Origin: Antechinus flavipes
Taxonomy: Eukaryota
Assembly (NCBI RefSeq): GCF_016432865.1
Contig: NC_067404.1
Location: forward strand, 85,312,001 to 85,376,000
Reading direction: 5' to 3'
DNA: 64,000 nt
Below are positions 1 through 20,900 of this stretch, in pieces. Below the pieces are notes generated by a model, which searched no databases, was not told the DNA's origin, and saw only the letters and a list, made by a program, of their open reading frames with translations. Numbering within the stretch: the first letter of the stretch is position 1; every line of letters starts with the position of its first letter. Both the position numbers and the translations under genes were made by a program.

Positions 1-171
1 AGGGCCCTCACCCCCAATCCTCCAGCCGGTCCCCAGCTTCCCCCTCCCACCCCGCGCCATCCCTGTGAGGCTCACTGGGGCTCTCTCTCAGGCTTCCCCT
101 ACCCGCTCTCCGCCCTCGGACTCAATGAAGGCCCGCTCTGGAAGGCTGCCCACAGTCTGGGGGAATCTCAC

Positions 172-1894
172 CTCACTGTCATGTGGGGGGAGTTGTCGAA
201 GCAGCTGTTGAACCCGGTACCTTTCCCCAAGGCTGTTCACATAAGGAACTTTGTCCTCGGGCAGACAGCTGAAAAACTGGTCCACCTGGAAACAATTGAG
301 GGTTAAAGAGCAAAGGAGACGCCGTCATAGATGCAGGGTCACCGGGGGGAGGGGCTCTCCGCCCCCCAACACAAGCACACTTGGTTCTGCTGTCCCCCAA
401 ACTCAACCCTAAACCAACCTGCTCTGGGACTTTTAGGGCAAATGGCTCCCAGCACAGAAAACCTGAGCAAGTGCCGACTCCGGGCAGGACTGGCGCCTGG
501 GCCGGGCCCTGCCCCTCTGCGCATTTCAGGTTTCTGCAGCTTGGAACATGTGGGTACTTAACGACTCTGCCTGGCCCAGTCTGCATCCCCCCAGAAGCCT
601 CTGCTCTGGGAGCATCCAGGAGAAATGGGTGACCAGAGAGGGGCGGAGCTTGGGCTGGAGAACGCAGTTTTGTCAGAGGGGCTAGAACTCTGGGAGAACT
701 CTACTGTCCATGGTGGGGGGAGGGGGGGAAGGGAAGAGGAGGGAAAGGGCACAGATCAGATGCTTACTAGGTGCCCGGAGCCGGATCTCAGTGGATCCAG
801 CCAACAGCCCTAGGAGGAGCTGCTGAGAGGCCCAGTGGACAGAATTTGGTGACCTCTTAGCCCAGTGGTGGGAACACGGGAAGTGCCTCGGATCTAACAG
901 CTTGTCAGGGGTGGCGGGGCTCCCAAGGGAGTGGCAGAGGGCCAAGGTCACTGGGCTCATCTTAAGAGGCAGCAGAATCCCAGCATCCAGCATCTCAGAC
1001 CTCGTTGAGCTGCCTCATCTCCACCCCCTCAACACACACCCAGGGGAACCTGAGGCCCTGCGGGCGGCCTGAGAAAAGTCCAATGGGCAGTGGAAGGCCG
1101 GAGGTTACCTGCTCGGGCCTGAGGCCCGGGGGCACCCAGGCGTACTCCTCCGAGGCGCAGCCCATGCCGGCGTCTGACAGGGAGTGCCACTGGAAGTCAG
1201 AGGTGAGCTGGGCCATGAGCTGCTCCAGGTCCTCTGGGACCCCGGGCCCGGTGTGCTCCTCCCGGGAGCACTTGCAGTGCTGACAGATCTTCCTGTGGGA
1301 GGCCAAGCTTTGGAGATGTCTGGCCTTCGCCGCTCCCTCCCTGCCCACTCTCCAGAGCACAACCCAGGGAGTCCTCCCTCCCCTCTGGGTGACAGGTGTG
1401 GAAACTGAGGCACCCCTCCCCCTCAGCAACCTCCAGGGGGCTTTAGGTCAGCCCTGAGGGGCCCTCACCTCCAGCCATGCACCAGGAAGCCCGGACACTG
1501 GTCCCCACAGCGATTGCACGGCCTCCCGGAGCCCGGGTCTGGAGACTCAGGAGGCTGGGGGCAGACAGGCCAGGAGGAGCCCTCAGCCCCGCCCACCCCC
1601 ACCTGGCCCTCTTCTTCCTTGATTTCACCTTGTCCCAGACAGAAGCGGGGAGGGGGAAAGAAGGGGCGCGGGGGCCTCTCTGCTTCCCACCTGAGCCTCC
1701 ATTGCGCCATCCCCCTCCCTCCCAGGGCGCGCCGGCCCGCCCCGGGCCCGGTAGCCATCTCCACCCTGCTGGAGCTGGAAGCCTGGGACGCCTGGGGCCC
1801 CGCCCCCGTGGGGACCAGCTCTTTCCCCCCCGACCAGCCCGCCGCTCCTTACCCCCCGTCCGGAGCGGCGCCGGCGGGATCCTCGGGCGAACAT
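172..1894 (-). CDS. PRICKLE3: Prickle-like protein 3, 5' coding exons 1-4; the gene continues beyond the left edge of the window
   Basis: Coding exons 1853-1894 ([14 protein letters not shown]), 1469-1554 ([29 protein letters not shown]), 1109-1292 ([13 protein letters not shown]...[14 protein letters not shown]) and 172-285 ([41 protein letters not shown] domain). All are GT-AG flanked with continuous phase and match recalled human PRICKLE3. Confidence 0.96.
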
Positions 1895-2100
1895 GGCCAC
1901 CACGGGCGGCAGTGCGCTCCCTCTTGGCAGCCCCCACCGCCCTCCCGGCCGCCAGGACTCCTCCCCCTGCTCCTCCCTCCTCCTCCTCGGTCTCCCCTCC
2001 CCCCGCTCCTCCCTTCCCGATCTCTCCTTCCTCCTTCCCCCTTCCCTCCCAGCTCTCCCCTTCCTTCGCCCTCCTCCCTCCTCTTCCCCTCTGCGCGTCT

Positions 2101-2101
<1 letters not shown>

Positions 2102-2132
<31 letters not shown>
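2102..2132. repeat. Poly-C tract (~31 nt) within the GC/CpG-rich PRICKLE3 5' region
   Basis: Directly visible homopolymer run. Confidence 0.95.
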
Positions 2133-2134
<2 letters not shown>

Positions 2135-3761
2135 CTAAGGCAACTCCTGTCACTGGGGCACAGCCCCGGGAAGGGAGGAGACAAGCTGCTGACTGCAGGG
2201 GGGGGGGGGGAGCCCTCCTTTCCCTCCTCCCTCAGCCCCATCAGGAGTCCCTGGAGGCGGAGCCCCGGCGGGGGCTCCCCCTGGCGGCCGGTGCGGGGAC
2301 CAAGAAAACCGGCCTAGAACCACCGGAGCCGAGCCCACGGGCTCCCTTCTCCCTGGCCTTCAGCTGCCTCCTGCCAAGAGATCCCCGATCGCCCGGGCCC
2401 GTCCCGAATTACGCTCCTTCTCCGGGAGCCGGGGTCCCCCAGCGGGGCCCCCTCCCCCAGTCCCCGATTCCAGCTCGGACCTGGGCAGGGCTGAGCCGCA
2501 GCCCCAGGCCCCGCCCCACAGCCCCAGGCCTCGCGCCCTCAATGACTCCTGTGGCCCGCAGACAACTCTTTCTACCCATCTGGTGGCGAACCCCGAGAAA
2601 GAGGGCAACCCCCCTGTGGCCCCCGTTCCAGCACTGCACCCCCGGTACTCAGAAAGGACCCTCTGTCATGCTCCCCAAGTCCAGAGAGATGGGCCACATA
2701 GCCTGATGTGGATGATGGCACAGATGGGGAGGATGGCATGGGTACATAGGCTGGCATATAAAGTCACAAATAGCATGGCATGGGAAGGGAGGAAGGGCAG
2801 GTGTCCGCGGAGCTGCCCACCAGAGGAGCACCTGAAGGAGAAGAGCGGAAGGCGGAGAGCCACATCTGGGTCCTTCAGCACGCGCTGTGCGGGAGAGGGG
2901 ATGTGGTGACCCAGAAGCTCAAGGATCTCAGAGACAGGCAGAATTGGGTTCAAACGCAGCACAAGCCCTGCACGGAGTTGATGTGTAACCCTGGCCCGAC
3001 AGCCTTTCCACTGGCCCCCCACAGTGCTCCCAAACCACAAGTTGGCTATGTCCGAACGGTGCTTTAAGAGCTGTGGTAGGTGTGACTGGGTTTGCCTGGG
3101 TGACTTTGGGGGCTCAGCCGTGGGGGCCGGCCTTTCTCCTTGGGCCACGTGGTGCTCAGAGCACTCGGGTGGCCCGGGATTGGAGGTGAGGAGGGACCTG
3201 CCCCCACCAAGAGGAAGGACCGCAGGAGCCATGTGGGCACTAGACCCGGGCTTGCTCGTGGCTTAGGGCCACGCTGGCGGTTAGGAGCCTTGGCTCCTGT
3301 GTGGAGGGATGCAGAGGGGGCGGTGCTTTCTAACTTCCCAGGCACCCTGCTGATTTCAGGATCTGGCCTCTCAGCATCCTCTCACCAGGGAAGCTCCGAG
3401 CCTCATATGCCCAGGCAAGAACAAAAGGAGACGAGTCAGGGACTGAGTCGGAACAAGCAGCCCTCCTCAACCGCCCCCCGCCAGGCCGGACGGGCGAGGA
3501 GACGGCCCCGGAGCGTGCACAGTTAGGGTTCCCCCTTCTTGACACGTGGGCAGGCCGCACCCCCCCACCGAGAAGGCAGCTGGGGGAGCGGGGTGGCCTT
3601 CCAACGGGAGGAGTGGTACTTTGGGGGCTTCAAAGGAACCTCAAGGAGCAAGGGGCAACTTTCTAAGAAATGGCTTGACAAACAGCTCCCCTCCTTCCTC
3701 TTTGACCGCCCCCTTCCCTCGATTCCCAGAGAAGAGACGAACCGTGGTGGGCTTGGTACGT

Positions 3762-3767
3762 TTTATT
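3762..3767 (-). terminator. Candidate SYP polyadenylation signal (AATAAA)
   Basis: TTTATT on + (AATAAA on -), about 0.9 kb into the last SYP exon (acceptor at 4660). It is the only canonical hexamer I saw between SYP and PRICKLE3. Confidence 0.55.
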
Positions 3768-4819
3768 TCAAGGGGACGGAAAGAGAGAATCCACGGAGCG
3801 GGTGTTTCCCCGAAAGGCGAGGGCAGCAAGGAGAAAAGGGGCAGGGCCACAAAGCTGGACAACATAGACACACGGCACGGGCACCACCAGGGGTCACGGA
3901 TGCGGGAGAGCAGCAGAGAAAGGGGGGAGAGGGCCAGGGAGAGGAGGGCGAGGCCGGCAGGTAGGGCTGGGGCGGACGGGCTTGCCCCGCGGATAGGGCC
4001 TCCTCAATCCCAGCGGGGCCGCGGACGCCCTCCCTCGGGGCCCGGGGCCACCGGCCGCTCCGGACCCTCGCCTCCTGCCCTTCCGGGAGCTTCCCCGGCC
4101 TGGCTGAGCCTCCCGGCCTCTCCTTTCTCAAAGCTACCAGGTGGAGGTTCACTAAGAGTCCGCTACATGCTCCCAACTGGGGCTTTGTTCTGAGTCCAGC
4201 TCCTTGTCGAGTCCTCCCCAGGGAGATGGGGGGTCCCTGCTCCGTCCCAGCCCCCTCGACCTGCACCCCCAGGAAAGGAGAGGGATGGAGGGGGTAGGGG
4301 ACGGAGCATCACCAGGAGTGGGGAGGGGTCCGGCTTGGGGAGGATCATCCGGTTGGTCTGGCTCCCATTCCCCAGACTACAAAGGGGCATCTTGGGGCAG
4401 GAGAATGGGCGAGGGATCTCCAGACACATAAATAATATATCTTTCTATGGAATATATATATATATTATATAAACATCAAAGACAACCAGAACGTCCCCCA
4501 GGGTGGGGGAGGGGAGTAGGATTGAACTTGGGGTTTCTAGGCAGGCTCTGATATTCCCCACTATGCACACACACAGGCACACGTGCACTCGCCACACACC
4601 GGAGGGCTTCCTGCAGGAGGTGGCAGAGGGGGCTGCTTCACTCCCCACCCTGCTTCCAACCTAGAAAGAGAAAGAGACAGACAGAGACAGAGACAGGGAG
4701 AGACAGAGACAGGACAGAGAGATAGAGACAGAGCGTGAGCACAGAGCCGGTTGGAACCCTCCAGGGTGCCGAACCCCACCCCCACCTCCCGAGCCCCAGA
4801 CGCCAGCCACTCACCGAGC

Positions 4820-12623
<7,804 letters not shown>

Positions 12624-12629
12624 GGCGGC

Positions 12630-12900
12630 CTTTTGGATGCCCAGCAGCCGCCGCAGCCGCAGCCGCAGCGGGGGGAGGAGCAGAAGCAGTGGCAGCGGCA
12701 GGACGGGGGGCGGAGCGCTACAATCGCTGGAACAGCCTCAGCTGCTCTTGTCGGCGCACCTCCTCCTTCCGCTGCTCGTCTCGCCACTCCCCGCCCCCCC
12801 CTCCCAGAGCGCAGGCGCGTTAGCGGAAGGGAGCTGGGGAGGCAAGGGCGGGCGGCCCTCCTAGGGTCATTGGCTGTTTCCGGAGTGGAGACGGAGCAGG
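12630..12900 (-). promoter_or_regulatory. SYP CpG-island promoter / 5'UTR
   Basis: CpG-dense, with GC boxes (GGGCGG ~12848), an NRF1-like GCGCAGGCGC at 12809-12818 and a CCAAT (ATTGG ~12869) upstream of the ATG. Confidence 0.6.
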
Positions 12901-13559
12901 TTTTGGTAGGGGCGCTGGGGGGCCCTGAGGAAGGTGACTTCCTAAGCTTCCAACTCCTTCCCCCCCCCCCCCCTTCTTCCCGGAGGCCTTCTGAGATTTC
13001 CTTCCCAGCTGTGGAAGGGAGCTCACAATGGCCATTCCCCCCGGAATCCCTCTCAGCCCTCCTTTGGGGGTCATGCTTGAGACCAGAGGTGGCCCGAACT
13101 CAAGGAGCTCTTCTCCCAGTGGAAGGGAAAATGAGCCCAGTCTAGAAGGGAGCCAGAGTTCTCCAACCCCCTCGGAGCACAAATCAGCCAGCCTTAACTT
13201 GAAGGCCTCCAGGGAGGGGCACCCCCCCCAGCTTAGAGTGGTTGGGAAAGCCTTGTTTTGTCAGCCCCTGGGAATCTCTGAGCAGTTTCTAACAGCCCCC
13301 CCCCCCCCCATTTCCAAGCAGTTTCTAGCCATCCTTGTTCCCAGACAAAGCCAGGCTGCTTCTGCAAACGTGATTCTTTTTCTTTCTCAGCGCTCTTGTC
13401 CCATAGTCCAGGCATCTACACACCCTCCTTCTGTGTCTCCCCACTCCATAGACTAAGGACCTCCTTTCTTCCTGCCCGAATAAGGCAGCCCATTGGCCCG
13501 AAATGGGAATAAATCCGAATAAATCCCTCACTATTTACTGCTCCCCTCATTGAGCTGAA

Positions 13560-13870
13560 TTTTTCCAGGGTTGAAACTTTCAATGAGGAATAAGCAGAGT
13601 CAGGGCTCCTTTTTGAAAGCAGGGGTCAATAAGGCCTCTCCACCCTCCTTGTAGGAAGAAGGAGCTCAAGCCTGAATCTCCCATTATTGGACACTTTGAC
13701 CCGACCCAGAGGAGCTTTGCAACTGTCATCACTGAACCTGCTTCTGCCCTCTGGAGCCAAACAGGTTAAGGCTTTTCCTTGTCACCTTTGTGCGTCAGCT
13801 CTTTTTCAGGTCAAATATCCCAGTTCCTCCAAACCCTTTTCAGAGGATATGCTTATTAATGTCCTTTTGC
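13560..13870 (-). mobile_element. L3/CR1 3'-end remnant
   Basis: Minus-strand tttggaggaactgggatatttgacctgaaaaagag, ctgtttggctccagagggcagaagcagg and ggagattcaggcttga resemble the recalled L3 3' consensus. Confidence 0.5.
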
Positions 13871-14399
13871 CAGAAAGGAGCTGAGGATGACGGGACTGGC
13901 ACGTCCTTCATCCCGGCGGCCATCCCGCTGCCCATTCATCCGGAGCCAGGAGCCGAAAAAGCCGGGACGGGAGCGGCCGGAGCGCTCCCGAGCCCGATAA
14001 AGAAGGGCCCGTTTGCAGCCATTTTTGCCAGTCGGAATTCAGGCAGGGGCCCCCTACCCGGCATAATCATCGCTTGTGAGACCAAGTTTGCTGCCTTCAC
14101 TGGAAACCTTTGATTTTCTCGGTGTGTCGCCTATACAGCGGCCTTTGTTCACAGATACCCAAGACTAGGGATTTGCGGCTGCCTCCCTCCTCGGGGTTGC
14201 TGTCCCCAACATTTCTTCTCGGGCTGTAATGATGCTACAATGTAGCAGCTTCCAAAATTGTAGCTATTAAGCACCTACGCACTTCACACCCTAGGAAGGA
14301 AATTGATCAGAGACTTTTACAAAGTTTCAAATGGAATTAGAAACAAAACAAAAATCAGGAGAGATCCCACTGAAATCTCAGATGGTGATAGAAGAAAAC

Positions 14400-17300
14400 C
14401 GTGAAGGAAATCAATACTTGTGACTCTTGGAGGGTCCCGGGACCCTTCTATTTGGCCCCTAACTACAGCTCCTCACACATCCCTGCAAGTGGCCCCTGGG
14501 TCCCACGTCTAAAGAAAGTCACTGAAACCCGCACTGCTTCCATTACCGTCTCTGTATCAGCGTGTGGTTTTTGTCTCCTCCCTTTCTCATATGGTCGACA
14601 TGCAGATGGCTAGCTGTCTTCCAACGAGCTGTACACTGGTTAAAACAGAGCTGATCTCTGAGAGGAGGCACTAGAAATAAGGAGGAATCAGAAAAGGCTG
14701 CTTTTAGAAAGTGAGATTTTAGCTGGGACCTGAAGGAAGCCAGCAAAGTCAAGAGGTGGTGATGAGAAGGGAGAGATTTTATGTCTGGCTGACAGCCCGT
14801 GGAAATAGCCAGAGAGATGGAGTGTTTTGTTTAAGGAAAAGCGGGAAGGTCAGTATCACCCTAGACTGAAGGGGAGGGAGGGAAGAAAGGTATGAGGAGA
14901 CTGGACAGGTACACGGGGACCAGGTCATGAAGGGCTTTAAATGTCAGACAGAGCATCCTAGGATGACAGGGAGCCACAGGAGTCTATCAGGTAGGTAAGC
15001 AATACGGTTAGATCTGGGACCTAGGAAAATGACTTGGGCAGCAGAGTAGAGCAGGACTTTGAAACTTTTCCCACTCTTCATCGGAGACATTTTTACTTGA
15101 CCCGGGGTATATAGGCAAATAAAATCGGTACTTACCGATAAGAAACCCCCAAGACATTTCTTTTAAAACAATTCTTTGGTATGAGTAGAATGTTGCCATT
15201 TATTAAAAATGAAAGCAAATTTGCCCACTAGTGAGATGAATATGCTTGGTTATTTTTTATATAAAGAATGAAGACTTGGCAGAATATTTGGTACCTCTTG
15301 CTGATTTTTCACACCCCCCATCTTCGGTTACGTGACCCCATATGGAGTAACAACCCACACTTTAAGAAGTTTTGGAGTAAAAGAAATCTTAAAGAAGGGA
15401 AAGGGACCTGTATGTGCAAGAATGTTTGGGGCAGCCCTCTTTGGAGTGGCCAGAAACTGGAAACGGAGTGGACGCCCATCCATTGGAGAATGGCTGAATA
15501 AAGTGTGGTATATGAAGGTTATGGAATATTATTGTTCTGTAAGAAATGACCAGCAGGATGACTACAGAGAGGCCTGGAGAGACTTACACGAACTGAGGCT
15601 GAGTGAAATGAGCAGGACCAGATCATTATACACTTCAACAACAATAAGAGATGATGATCCATTCTGATGGACGTGGCCCTCTCCAGCAATGAGATCAACC
15701 AAATCAGCTCCAATAGAGCAAGAATGAACTGAACCAGCTACGCCCAGCGAAAGAACTCTGGGAGATGACTAAGAACCACTACCTAGAATTCCCAATCCCT
15801 CTATTTTTGTCCGCCTGCATTTTGGATTTCCTTCACAGGCTAATTGTACATTCTTTCAAACTCTGATTCTTTTTGTCCAGCAAAATAACTGTCGAGACGT
15901 GTCTGCTTATATTGCATTTAACTTATACTTTAATATATTTAACATGTATTGGTCATCCTGCCATCTGGGGGAGGGGGGGAAGGAAGGGAAAAATTGGAAC
16001 AAAAGGTTGGCAACTGTCAATGCTGTGAAGTTACCTATGCATATAACATGTAAATAAAAAGATATTAAATTTTTTTTTTAAAAAAGAAGCTTTGGAGTAG
16101 AGGATGGATTCAAGGGGGGAGAGAGCTGACTCAGGCAGAGCCCCCCAAAATGATCAAGGTATGAGGCGATCAGAACCTGCACTGGGGGGGGGGTGTCAGA
16201 GGAGAAAAGGGAGTATATTTGAGAGATGTGACAAAGATAGAAACAACAGAACTAGGCAACAGATTGTATATGGGAGGTGAGAGAAAGTGAGGAGTCAGGG
16301 ATGACACATAGATCACAAGTTGGGGATGGTAGAAGTGCTGGGGAAAGTAATAAGGAAGCTGCAGGGGGAGGGCTTGGGGGAAGAGCTAATGAATTCCGTT
16401 TGGAACACGACTTTGAGATGTGCACATGAGATTTCCGCTAGGAGCTGAAGACGTGAGACTGGAGGTCAGAAGGGAGGATCAAGCTGAACAAACGGATCTG
16501 CGCCTCATTTGTGGAGAGACAAAGATCGGGTCCCGGGGAGCTGAGGCAGTCGGGAGAAGAAGAGGGCTCAGGACAGAGCCCTGGAGGACGGCCACCACGG
16601 ATGAAGATCTAGGAAAAGCAACTGGGGAGGAGTGCTCAGAGAAGTAGAAGGGAAACCAGAACAAAACAGGGTTACAGAAACCTCTCGAGAAGAGAGTAGC
16701 AAGGAGAAGAGAGGGATTGACAGTGCCACGGGCTGCAGAGAGATCAAAAAGCATCACAGCTGAGAAAACGCCACTGGATTTGGCAACTAAGAGATCATAG
16801 AGGGGCAGCTAGGTGGCACAGTCCAGCCTTGAAGTCAGGAGGACCTGAGTTCAAATCTGACCTCAGACACTCAACACTTCCTGACTGGGTGACCCTGGGC
16901 AAGTCACTTAACCCCAATTGCCTCAGCCAAAAAAAAAAAAAAGAAGAACATGCAAAACTTTGGGTCTTCTTTCTTTTCTTTTTTAAAAAATTTTGAATAG
17001 TATTTTATTTCCCCAAATACATGCAAAGGGAGTTCTTAATGTTCACCTTTGCAGAACCTTGGCTTCCAGATTTTTTCCCCCTCTCTCCCCCCTCTCCAAG
17101 ACAGCAAGCAATCTGATATAGGTTAAATGTGGAATTTTTCTAAACATATTTCCATAATTGTCATGATACACAAGAAAAATCAAATCAAAAGGGAAAAAAG
17201 CATGAGAGAGGGAAAAAACCCCAAGCAAACAAACAACAAAAAGGTGAAAATGCTGTGCTTTTAAAAAAATGTTTATTTTAACACACATTACTTTATGAAT

Positions 17301-20300
17301 CATGTTGGAAGAGAAAAATCAGAGCAAAAGGGAAAAACCATGGAAGAGAAAAAAACAAAACAAAACAGAAAAAGAAAGTGAATAGAGCATGTGGTGATTT
17401 ACATTGAGTCTCCTTTTCTGGATCCAGATGGCGTTTTCTGTCCAAAGTCTATTGGGATGACTTTGGATCGCTGGACCAGTGAGAAGAATTGAGTCTTTCC
17501 TGGTTGATCATTGCAATACTGTGCTCTGATTCACACTCAGTCCTCTCTCTGGATGCCGATGGCTCTCTCCATTCCAAGCCTGTGGCAATGGCCCAAATCA
17601 CCTCATCGTGGAGAAGAGTCAGGTCCATGACAGTTGACCGTCACATAATCTTCTTGTTGCCTTGGACAATGCTCTCCTGGTTCTGTTCACCTCACGCGGC
17701 ATCAGTTCCTCTTAACCTTTCCCGGCTTTTCCAAAATCAGCCCTCTGATCGTTTCTTACAGAACAATAATATTCCGTAACATTCACAGACCACAACTTGT
17801 TCAGCCATTCCCCAGCTGATGGACGTCCACTCGGTTTCCAGTTCCTGGCCGCTATAAAAAAAGACTGCTTCAGAGGTTTTTCACAATGGGTCCTTTCCCC
17901 TTTTTTAAGGAGCTCTTTGGGATACGGACCCAGAAGAGAGACTGCTGGATCAAAGGGTGTGCACAGTTTGATAGTTCCATAATTGGGACATAATTGGGCA
18001 TAGTTGCAAATCGCTCTCCAAAACGGTCGGATCATTGTACGACTCCACCAACAATGTATTAGTGTTCCAGTTTTCCCACTTCCCCTCCAATGTTCATCAT
18101 TATCTTTCAGGAACAACTTTGGAAAGAGCAGCTTCATTTGAATAATGAAGTTAGAAGTCAAATTGTAAAAAGCAGCGAAGGGAGTAGGAAGGGAAATGGA
18201 GATACCTTTTCTAGATAGCCTTCAAAACCCTAAATGTGTTTAGGGAACAGAGGTATGAGGTGAAATTCAGCATGTACGGGTGGATCTGGTGAGAGCCCTT
18301 TGAGGATGGGAGACGTGAGGACCTGTTTTGGGCAGTAGGGCAATATCCAGTAAAGAGACAGTGAAGAGGGTGAGTGAGATAGTGGGGTGATAGAAAAGGA
18401 AACTTGCTGGGGAAAGATGGGTTAGAATAAGATCACTTGTGCATGTAGAGAAGTTGGCCTTGTTAAGGAGGAGGGCCATTTCTTCAGAAAACATAGGAAG
18501 AAGTAAAAGCAGATGGCGTGGGAACAATCCAAGACTGAGGTTTGCCAGGGCAAGGTCAGTGTTATGGTAAGGGAGCACGCGACGTGAGAGAAGAAGAATG
18601 CGGACTTCGGCTGACTCACAGAGGGGTTGAGGTAGATGGGGGGAAAGTGTAACCGGTGCTAGGGTGTCATCCTGGAAGACGGTTGATGGCACCGTGCCAC
18701 CAGAGAACTGGGCTGAGAGGCAAGAATATGATTTCAGATACTTCCTAGCTGTCAGACCCTGGCTAAGTCACTTCATTTCTGTCTGCCTCAATTTCCTCCA
18801 CTGTAAAATGGGAATAATTACAGCATCTACCACAAAGGGTTGTTATAAAGATGGAATGAGATAATGTTTGGAAAGTGCTTGGCCCATAGTAGACACGTAT
18901 AAATGCTTCTCTTGTCCTTTCCTCTCGGGGAAAGAGCTGAGGGGTGGAAGGGAGAGGGAGAGATGGAATAATCAAAGATTTTGATCACATGATCATATTT
19001 TTGATCACATCTGGGTCATGAACTCGGAGGTAGGGCATTAGGTTGACAAGATCAAAGTGACGACCTCATCTGGTGGAAATGAGGTGGGGTCAAGGAGCAG
19101 ATCACGGCGACTGGGCAGACTGGGAGCCTTGGGTGTTTGAGGGAGAGACGATGCGTTTGTACTAGAGCAGGAGCTGGGGCAGAAAGACTGGGAGCCTTGC
19201 CCTGACCTCACTGGGTAAGAAAGGAGAATATCCTGAAGGTTAGTAGACGACACTCTCTGTCTCTGTTTCTTCCACCCCTCTCTTCGCTGTCTTTCCTCCC
19301 CTTCTCTTCGTCCATCTCAGGGTGGTAGTTGTTTTTAAATAACATTTGGGGTCTCCTCTGGGCAAGCTGGGGAAGTCCAGAATTCTCCAAATTTGGAAAA
19401 ACTCATCATCGTCAAGGAAATACTCAATTTCAGTTATACTTTGTGAAAATAAAGATTTCCATGAACTTACGCAAAGGGAAGTGAGCTGAGCAAGGACCGG
19501 AAGAACCGCCATGTTAGCCATGACTCCAAATGGACAATCCAGCTTTACAAAGAATGAGCCTGGTTCCAAAAAAGAGACAGGAGATCATCCATCCAGGTGG
19601 GAGGGCGGATGTCCAGGTGGTGCCGTGCAGATTTTCATACTTTTTGATGTATCGATCACTTATGCTGTTTTTCTGTATCTCCTTTTTTGGCGGGGGGGCC
19701 GTGTCTAAAATGCTATTTATTTTATGGGATAACTCTGAGGGAGGACAAAGGGAAGGGATTCGAGGAAAAATTACGGGGATGGGAAAAAAAGACTCAATTA
19801 AAACTTGTCAAATTGAAATGTAGTTTTCCCACCTATATGAGGTCACGGACCTCTTGTAATCTATCCACAGACTTCTTGGAGGTCTCTTTTCAGAATCCTT
19901 GGTCTGGGGCAGAGCCAAGATGTTGGACTAAAGATAGGAAATCACCCGATTCTCCCAAATTCCTGTCCAGTGGCAAAAGGATGGCTCGAAATGGATTCCG
20001 ATGCAGCAGAAAGCACTGGCAGGAGCCAGGAAAAAAATACTGAAGAAAATAACAGAGGCCAAATGGTAAAGGAGGCACATAAAAAAGCCCCCACTGGAGA
20101 GAAGAACCCATTAAAGAGCAGCATTGGACAAATGGGAAAAGAAGTATGAAACTCTACTGAAGAAGAGAACTCTATTAAGTAGGGAACAGCTGGATAAGTT
20201 GTGGTATATGATTGTGAGGGAATACTCTGATATAAATCTAAATATGTATATAATACTATATGTTATAAGAAATGAGGAACAGGACGGGTTCAGGAAAATC

Positions 20301-20643
20301 GGGGGAGACTCATACGAGCCGACGCAAAGTGGAGTAGAAGCAGGAGAACATCAGACACGGGACGTCCCGTGAATATCTTAGCTATTCTTGGCCATCTGGA
20401 GATCCAAGACGATCGAAGAAAACTGCCATACCCCTCCAGAGAAAGAACCCATGGACTCTGAATGCAGATCGAAACAGACTTTTGAAAACTTTATTTTTCT
20501 CTTTGGTCTTTATAACATGACTAATATGGAAATGGGTTTTTCCCGACTGCACTTGTATGACCTGTATCAGATTGCTCGCTTAGGGGAGAAGGCAGGGTTA
20601 GAGATCAAGGGAGAGGTGACCCTGGGCAAGTCCCCAATTGCCT

Positions 20644-20678
<35 letters not shown>

Positions 20679-20900
20679 ATCAAGGGAGAGCTTTTAGAAG
20701 TCAAAAGAATTTTTTTAAAAAAATGTAAAAAAATGCTTTATGTGACATTGGAAAAAAATAAAATTCTGCAAAGAAAAAGAATCCTTGGTCTACCTCATAT
20801 CTTCCCTTCCCTCCGTGTTCCCCCCGTTTCCTTCTTCGTCTATGGAACTCTCAGTGTCTAGATGTAATATGATTCCATCAAACCCAGAGCCCAAGTGAGC
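14400..20900. mobile_element. AT-richer SYP-CACNA1F intergenic block of nested L1, L2, MIR and SINE fragments
   Basis: Approximate fragments: L2-like at 14560-15060, 16090-16790 and 18130-18680; L1 3' fragments at 15370-16080 (+), 16960-18120 (-) and 19340-20720; MIR ~18690-18900. Recognised from recalled consensus motifs; no spliceable host-gene exons were seen. Confidence 0.7.
16801..16941 (+). mobile_element. tRNA-derived CORE-SINE (WSINE1/SINE1-like) with poly-A tail
   Basis: ggggcagctaggtggcacagt...ggaggacctgagttcaaatc (B-box GAGTTCAAA)...ctgggcaagtcacttaaccccaattgcctcagcc followed by A13. Confidence 0.8.

Noticed and set aside
1477-2706. 409-aa + strand ORF and overlapping 236/267-aa ORFs
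   Set aside because: Pro/Gly-rich read-through of the stop-poor PRICKLE3 CpG island and poly-C tract; no domain or splice support.
2666-3232. 188-aa - strand ORF with a hydrophobic, TM-looking C-terminus
   Set aside because: No recognisable homologue or exon signals; the + strand weakly resembles a decayed CR1/L3 3' end.
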